The notes beneath the pieces are model-generated. The model saw only the letters and a program-made list of their open reading frames with translations. It was not told the DNA's origin and did not search any database. DNA of 64,000 nucleotides, from the NCBI RefSeq assembly GCF_037042905.1, contig NC_087261.1:19840001-19904000 (forward strand). The letters are read 5' to 3'. Below are positions 51,219 to 60,200 of the stretch, piece after piece. A program made the position numbers and the translations under genes. This DNA comes from Lytechinus pictus. Its lineage: Eukaryota. Each line of letters begins with the position of its first letter. The stretch's first letter is position 1.

Positions 51219-54200
51219 ATGACATGGACACGACACCATGTAGAGGTAGCTGAAACATGTGCTCATAACCATCCCCACACGAGTCACCTCACCGAGTGCA
51301 TCAGGGTTTTCATCAAGGATTCTTACTCCAGAACATTTCAATCTGGTAGCAGCGGTCAGATGTTTGGATGCATGGTCAGCTGGGGCTTGGGGTGCATTGT
51401 CTTCCCTCTCTGTCTTGGTGTCTTTCAGGTAAGCCCTTGGGGGTGTTTCATGAAAGTTGTCAGCCCTGACTTAATTGCCAGTGCTGACAATTTCAGTGAA
51501 ATCCTTTGCACTTTGATTGGCTGAGAGACACTAGCCTCTGACTGTTACTATAGTAATTGTTGGAAAAAGTCAAGTTGTCAGTGCTGTCAACTTTCATGAT
51601 ATGGTCCCCATCTCTCTGTATGATCCACTCAGACACCATTTTGGAAATTATGCAGGAGGTCTGCCCTTTAAAAGTCAAATCTCCTGGTACCATAGTAATA
51701 CGTTTGAATCTTTTGCTGAAATTTGACTTGTGAAATATTGTTCCCATCTAAGCAATTATTTGTTATATGGGGTGTTATGGAAGAAAATATTTGCAATCAA
51801 TTGTGAATTTCTGTTGCAAATTTACGACTGACGGATCAATAGAGTACCGAAGTGTGACGTCATCAATTTTCACTTTTGCATTTCAGCGCTTTTTATACCA
51901 TATTTTGGGAGAGCATGATGAAAAACCCTCACATAAAGAGAAATAGCAAAATTTCAGTGACATGTGTTCTGTAAACCTAATCTGACACCCGCGTGGTAGG
52001 TTCGATTGCCGTAAATTTGGTATCAAAATGTGCGGGAAGGATCAGAGAAAAAGTAATGGAATTTCATTTCGAAATAGTGAGGCGTTAGGAAGTACCAACC
52101 AAAATTTGACAGGGGGGGCATTATGCCCCCCCCCCCCCTCCCGGAGTATTAGGGTAAATTAGATCTACGTTACAGTTCATCCATGCCCGAGATATGTTGG
52201 ATAAAACCTCTCAGTAGTTGTAGGGAGATGTAATGGACCAAAACAAATCACCTTTTTATTTGTTGAAAGGCCTTATTAGTTGCAAATCATATACTCAGTA
52301 ACTCGAATGAGAGGCTGATTTTGCCCCTAACTTAAATCATACAGCTGCATTATAAGTGGCAATTAGCCATGTATAGTAGATATGTAATGTCGCTAGAAAG
52401 AGTAGCTGGACAAAAAAAACTACAAAAAAAGAGAAAACAAAGAAGATGTACAGTATTTTTGTATATGCACACTACAGAAGGACCTGAATCGGTTACATTT
52501 TATGAATTATCAAAATGCTTATGTATGCAATTTATCAATAAATTTGCATGACAACAAACTGTACTTTGAGATGTGCATCAGACTAGTTGTCATATTTTGA
52601 AAGCCCAAACTGTAGTATCGCCAATTTATGCGATGATCCCTGTGACTATACCTGTGACCATGTTAAAGTTTGCTGATGTGGTTTACGGTACACCATGTGA
52701 AGTGTTGTAGAAACAGTGGAAAGGAGAAGAGAAGAAATGGATAGGCGAGAAAGTGGAGATTTGAGAGTAGAGTATTCTTTCTTGAAAGTAGTCCTGAAAA
52801 GGACTGTAAACCAGGAAAGATTGATGAGTTGAGAACAGCTTGAGTAGTAGAGCTAGTGAGGAGATGCTGGCTTGAGTCGGCGAGTAGAGATGATGAGTAG
52901 TAGACTCGACGTTTCGGGCAGGTTGACTGTCCGTCCGTGTGTCCGTCTTCACACTCCTGAAGACGGACAGTCAACCTGCCCGAAACGTCGAGTCTACTAC
53001 TCATCATCTCTACTCGCCGACTCAAGCCAGCATCTCCTCACTAGCTCTACTACTCAAGCTGTTCTCAACTCATCAATCTTTCCTGGTTTACAGTCCTTTT
53101 CAGGACTACTTTCAAGAAAGAATACTCTACTCTCAAATCTCCACTTTCTCGCCTATCCATTTCTTCTCTTCTCCTTTCCACTGTTTCTACAACACTTCAC
53201 ATGGTGTACCGTAAACCACATCAGCGATTGTACATACCACCATGCAAACCTTCAAACAACATATGTTAAAGTTTGCAATCAATCGCAAACTGGCATTGGC
53301 CAATCAAGGTCTATGTTCAGCAAACCTGTAGTCTCATCTACACTGTACCAAACTTTTTTTATTTTTATGATTGATCACAAATTGTTTGTGTTACTAGGGC
53401 CTATGAAGTTTTTCACTCTTTAATGAAAAAGCATATCATGTATGATCTGTTGAACTTTGTCCCTTCTTCCTACCATGCATGTTGTTGGTTTTATCTTTTT
53501 AGATCGGTGTATTCAAACCATTATCAGTGACATCCTCTCATCTGCTGGCTCCTGCTATTGGCCTGTGTTCTGTTGCTGTGTCAGGCGTAGCTTCATCAAT
53601 CACTGTCTTCGCTGCATACTCAAACTACAATGGTAAGAATGTTTTCTCGGGCCTGTTAGTACTGGAAACATAAATGGGCCTTAGAAAACCCATGACCAGC
53701 CTCCCCAAAACTGACAATAGGTCACCAGGGAAAGTTCTCTGTAAATAATCAAAATATTTTCATACTGTCAAAGTTTGAAGTTGTATAACTAAATAAAACA
53801 CAAGATACATTAATTAATTGTATCATTAATTGAATTGATACTCATTATCAGTCTGCTCATTGTTTTTTTTTTTTGTTTTTTTTTTTTTTTTTTTACTGCA
53901 TTATGTTTTCCCTCGACAGTATCTGAATCAAGAGAGCTGGATATGAGGTTCACAGATCTAGTTTGCTATGGACTTGGGTCTGCTGCAATGTTCAAACTAC
54001 TCAGGGGAAAATTTTCATCTGTTCTTCCAAGTACTATTCTAAAACCAGGTATAACATAGCACTACCCATCCTAGATCCCATTTTATGAAGACACTGCTAT
54101 AATATCAAGTGCACCATTTCTATAATCAATTTTCAATTTCAATTTATTTATTTACCATCTTTAAAAATAAGTATACATAAAAATCTGTCTGATATGAAAT

Positions 54201-57200
54201 ACAAATACACATTGTTTATAAATGGAGGGATACCCTTAATAAGCACAGTGCTTGTAAGCAGGGTCCCAACATACACTACGGTATACATTTGAGGTTAACA
54301 TTATAATACAAATTATACATGATAACATTATAATACAAATTATACATTAAAGATACATTTTTTTTTTTCAATTCAATTTATTTTTCATTCTTCAACATAA
54401 TACAAATAGTTATTATTGTTACATATGTAACAATAAACACCCACATACACATAAATTAGAGAGAGAGAAACAGAAAGAGAGGGGAGACAGTGTAGGTGGA
54501 AGAGGTAAAAGAAAATAAAAAATTAGTTTACTATTAGCCAATCAAATTGATGGATTTCAGTAGCTTTTAACACTTATGCATATTTGTTATTGTAACAAGT
54601 TTTATGGAATGGGGCCCAGGTTGGTAATAAAAGTCTAACTGAGCAAAAACTTTAAACAAAAAAAAATCTTATTTAGGTAAGCCATTGACTTTTAAAGCCT
54701 GTCTAAAGCTTTGATGAAGGATTAATAATGTGAATTATACAGGTTCTGCAGAAACTACAGTTACCGTTGAATCTTATTCAATCTGTAATTCTTTGTGAAA
54801 TTTGAATATTTTGCACTCTCTGTCATAACTGTTTGTACTTTTCTTTTAAATAGAACCATTAAGTACTTATAATGCATTTTTGGCTGGGAGCACCTTGAGC
54901 ACCTAACAGAGGTGGATTAATATTATGTGCACTACATAAATAACCTATAGTATTATACAAATGATGCACTGATGTGAGTGCATTGGCAGATTTTGTGAGC
55001 ACAAGGCACAGCCGAGTGGGTTTAGACTAGTTTCCATAGTTACCGCATGCTCACTAGTCCTACCGATGCACAAACAAACCTGTGTATCATTTGTTTTATA
55101 GAATGGTGGAATTTTTTTTGGCTAAAATTACATGTACTTGTGCAGGATACCCATTCTATAAATTATTATTGTTATTGTCTCAAGGGGCGTTTGCAAAGAG
55201 AGGTATTCCAGCAACAAAGAACTACGCTAGCAGTGGCAAGAAAGCAACATTGGCAGCCATTGGAAGTCGGCATGGCTGTCACACGTGTGGGAAACGCTGG
55301 ACCGCTAAGAGCTTCATTGCTGACCACCAACCACCATTATCAGTAAGCTTCTTCCTCTCTCTATTATTTACTATTATTTGTTTGTCGTCACCTGTGCCTG
55401 GGGGGCGAAAAGCGAACTGAATCACTATGACCCGCAGGTCTCTCCTCCCGATATAACTGATTGGGGGGAGTGCAGGTGAACCACTTCACCGGGGTTTCCC
55501 CCTACTCTTATACGAATAGTCATTAGTGCAGTGGGTTCTTAATGTGCAAAGGTGGTGACTCTCCTCTAGACGGGGCCTCCATTTAACGTCCTATCCGAGA
55601 GACGGAGTGTTTTCCATCGTAACATAGCCTGCATCTATGAAACATGGGAGAGACGTTTACACACAACGCACTGACTTCAGTCATCCGCCCGGGGTGGACT
55701 CGAACCCACGATCTTTGGTTCGATGGGCAGACGCGTTCCCGACTGAGCCAACAACGCTCTCCTCATTTCCCTTTTTTCTCTATTCTTTCTCACTCTTTCA
55801 TGTCCCCTCTCCATTCTTGCATGTAGTGTTATGTTTCCGGTTTTCTATTACGGCGAATGTTTCATGAAGCAGCTGGTCAGTGATGTTCACCTACAAGTTT
55901 GCTCTTAGCCAATCAAATGCTAGGATTTCGGTAGCTTATAACAAATGGTCAATGAAAATGAACCATTTATGAAATGCTCACATGGTTTGTCGCGTAAGTG
56001 CAAGATTGTACAAAGCTACAAATTTCACCACTGACATAAATACTTCGGAGCCTAATGGGGTATTGTAAGAGACTTGCACTCTCATGTCAATGTTTGGTCG
56101 CAAAATCAGTCATGAGTCTCAGAGTCTGGTATTTAAAGATAAATGTAAAAGTAGTTGCAGTAAACACTGATTTCACGAAAAAGTCTGTAAAACCAGGCTT
56201 AATTGTCACTATATCATCGAGGATCTAGATCTGGTACAGTTACATAAACTGAACTTTGTGAAATCTTGAAATCTACGCTGAAAAATGTTCACACTAAAGA
56301 TCACCAACACAGATAAGTGCACGTGGGACAGTGTATTATTATTGCTTTGAATGTCGGCCCGACGCTTGACCCGAATCCCGTGCTTATTTGCTAATTTCTC
56401 AGCAATTACACAATTTCTTCCAGAATCCTTTGGCGCATATTTTTTATTTATACAAACAGACACTTTGGTGGTCATTTTATTGGATTCTGTACGAACTCAT
56501 TTTGAAATCGTTACCACAACTGGCATTTATCTCTAATTGCAAATTCGCAATCAAATGCTTGTCTGCGTCTTTTAACAAAAAATTAAAATCAACTTGTTAT
56601 TTATATATCAATCGACAATAAAGGAATGACACTTCACTCACAATAGTTGAATAATTGTACCTTAATTTATTAGGCAGCTCATGACTTCAACCGCGGCGCC
56701 GTCAAGGGGCGAATTACCATCGTTGCATTGGCACTGAAACCAATCCACCACAAGGTGGCGCTATAGCACAAACAACAAACATTGGCGTGACCACTTTGTC
56801 TTTTTCCCTTCCAACTGTTAAAACTGCATATGGATTGGTGATTACAAATCATTAGCAAAGTAGCAAAGTATTAAACTTCTAATTCCATGTGAACAGGTAC
56901 TACCTTACAAAAAGTCAAAAAAACGATGCCATATCTCTATACAGAATAAAAATCTACCAACCTCTAAAAGGTATAAAAATTCCGTATAACAATAAATAAT
57001 GCTTATTAAAAAACAACCATTGTAATTATTCTTAATAATACAAATATCAAACCCTTACAGTACTAATGTTGAAAACGTTACATAATTACTATCAAATTAA
57101 AATCAAAACATCTCATCTTTACCTATCAGCAAGGATATAACCTGGTAATATAAACACCACACCTACATATGTGCACTTTCCGAAAGATATAAACACACAT

Positions 57201-60200
57201 AACATTGCATAAAATGTGTAACATACTGTTAGGGGCACTAACATGCTTTCTTAACCAAAACCATAAGATGGAACAATTTACATCACAATACATGTACATG
57301 TGTATCTTCAACATCCCCATAAAATCAAGCATTCTAAACAGGCGGTAATTAAACATTGACACCATGTCACAAACTAAACCAAAAACAAAACCAAATCAAA
57401 TGTCATTTCAAGTCAATCATTTAAAAAAAATGTTATTCAAAACAATGAAACTGTCAATGCTAGTCCCTTAAAAAAACTAACAATCAATGCCTTTAAGTAT
57501 AACTCATATTATGGGAAAAAACCAGCCCCTTTTGTGCTAAACCATTTAAAGGCAAACCAAAAACAGCAATACCATACATTACGCCAAAATAGTGAAAACG
57601 TAGACGTTATTGGCTCAAAATATATCCTGTAAATGAAAACAAATAGAATTACATACCTGTTAAACTTAAGAGCACACATACAGGAAAGGAAACCATAAAC
57701 AAAGTAAGTGCATGTTAATCCCAAACGCTACTATCAAGTCCCATGTCATCTAAGTAATCTAACCTAAAAACACTATACTAAACAAATTATAAAATTGCCA
57801 AACTATGCAATAGTTAAATAATGTTCTTATTAAATAAAGACACAATTCATAACCAAAATAAATGTATTGATAAACCCATTACTGTAAAACCATTCCATAA
57901 ATAAACAGGGACACTTAGTAATAAAACATCTGCAAAACAAGAAGTCATTAACTTCACGAACATTAAAATGGACCCTTCCACAACCATCAAAATAACAAAA
58001 AGGATTCCATACATAGTAATATACACAAGTGCACAGTCAGGTGAACTGTTGTCACACTGGATATCACATAGTCACGCTGACGAAATTAAAAATAACGCCG
58101 TTATCTTGTAGAAAACAATCAAATGCTAAGGTAAAAGGCATACATATACATCCATAAAAGTGTGTGGTGAAAATAATTATGTGAAATACAGCAAATGTGG
58201 AAATCTTGAAACACACCCTGGAAAAATTATGTTAGGCATATCAAATACAAATCAATTAAAATATGGATACTTGTATATGATTTACATGTCACTTCCCCTA
58301 AACAAATAAAAGTAGCACACACACAGCCAGTAAACATTAAAATGTCTAAGCAAACAACAAACTTCAGTCTAAAAATCAAATTTAATGACAAACCAGTAGG
58401 CATAACAAGCACATTAAAACATTAACACAATCAGCTGTACCACTCCAACCCGATGAAAGGCTAATAAAGAAAAATGTGAAAAACATAATTCCTTAAAAAA
58501 ATAAAGGCATAAGCATCACAACAAAAGTAGCAGTATACAGTTAATAATAGAAAAGGGAATATATCTTGCAAAAAATGTGGGAAAAAAAACAATAGTACTG
58601 TATATTCTAAAACGATACATTATGTATGCAATAAAAACAATCAATTATGCAATAAAAATGTAAAGGAAAGAAATTAATTGTTACCATACATAATAAAGAC
58701 AATATATCATACATGCAATTAACAGTGTCCATAGTATGCTGCATCATTAATTGTCCATGAACAAAGAAGTAAAACAATAGCAGTCAATATAGGATGTTTA
58801 TCCCAGATGTCACTATAAAAAGTGCAAATGTCCATCTCTCAAAATCAAAGGGAGGATACAACAGTTCAATGGTACCTTGAATCAATGTCTGGTGGACGAC
58901 CAGGAGGGGGTCCTATGGACAACCAAAATGTTGAGGGGCCTGGCCGTTGTTCTGAAGGTGGAGCGATGCTCGCAGGCGACGTCCTATGAACACGGTGACG
59001 AAAAGCCAAAAGAACAGTTCCATGGGATGGGTTGTAAAAACCAGTCACAGAAACAAAGGGGGCATACAGTCTATTGCCAACATCCGGCGGGGGACCTGGT
59101 GGGTCAATAACCACCGTGGTGAGGTCATCATGAGTAGGGATACTGCGTCCTTTGCGAACATCCGGGGGGCGACCTGGTGGGTCCATAACCTCTGTGGTAA
59201 GGCCTTCACTAGTAGGGATACTGCATCCTTTGCGAACATTTCGGGGGCGACCTGGTGGGTCTGTAACCTCTGTGGTAAGGCCATCACGAGTAGGGATACT
59301 GCATCCTTTGCGAACATCCGGGGAGCGACCTGGTGGGTCCATAACCTCTGTGGTGAGGCCATCATAAGTTGGGTCACAGTGTTGGTAGCAAGGGACCAAG
59401 CACTCACCAATGAGAGGAGAATCCATCACTACAGGATTAGAATTAGAAATAGTAGCCAGTGAAAACTTGTCAAAATCAGTATTCTGTAGACATTCTGCTT
59501 TACTTAACAGGTTGGCGTGTGTAAGGTTGGGTTGGGTGTCTATAACAATATCCACAGCGGGACCAGACGTTGTGAGCTTCACGTCATAGTCAGGAACCGA
59601 AACTAGCTCGGACTGAAGTTGCTGGCATGCAGCGACATCGTTCTGGGTAGCAGTGACTAGGTCAACCGACGAGCTGTTAATGACTTTGATAAAAGCAGTG
59701 CCTGATGGTGAAGGGTCACACAAGGGCGTTATGACGGAAGGCACGTATTGCAGTGTCTCCATGCCACCGGGCATATGCGGAACGACCGGAGGTACGTGTG
59801 GCAATTCGTCGGTGCCACCGGACATACGTGGAACGATAGAGGGCGTAAGTGGCAATTTCTCGTCGCAACCGGATATGAGTGGAACGCTAGGCGCATGTTG
59901 CAATTTCTCAGTGCCACTGGGCATATCGGAAATATGGTCATGTGAATTGATATTGCGTATCGACAGCGAAGCGTCAGGACCATAAGTGTACGACGGTCCA
60001 TCACCTATGGTGATGCGGTGCTTAGCAGGACGGATGGTAATGTCATGTAACTCTATGAATGGAATTCCTGCATGAACTTGAATAAGCGGTGAGTCTACGA
60101 CATACGCTTCGAAAAGCAAGTGTTCCCCATTCCTACTTAAGGTAAGACTTGTCGTACCAATAACTGGAAGGCGCAAGGAACGGTTAGCATAACACACCGA

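Noticed and set aside
52663-53423. Paired ORFs of 120-183 aa on both strands
   Set aside because: They are artefacts of the 264-bp inverted repeat; Ser/Leu-rich with no domain signal.
59077-59365. CRISPR-like repeat array
   Set aside because: These are head-to-tail coding tandem repeats without unique spacers, in a eukaryotic context with no cas genes.
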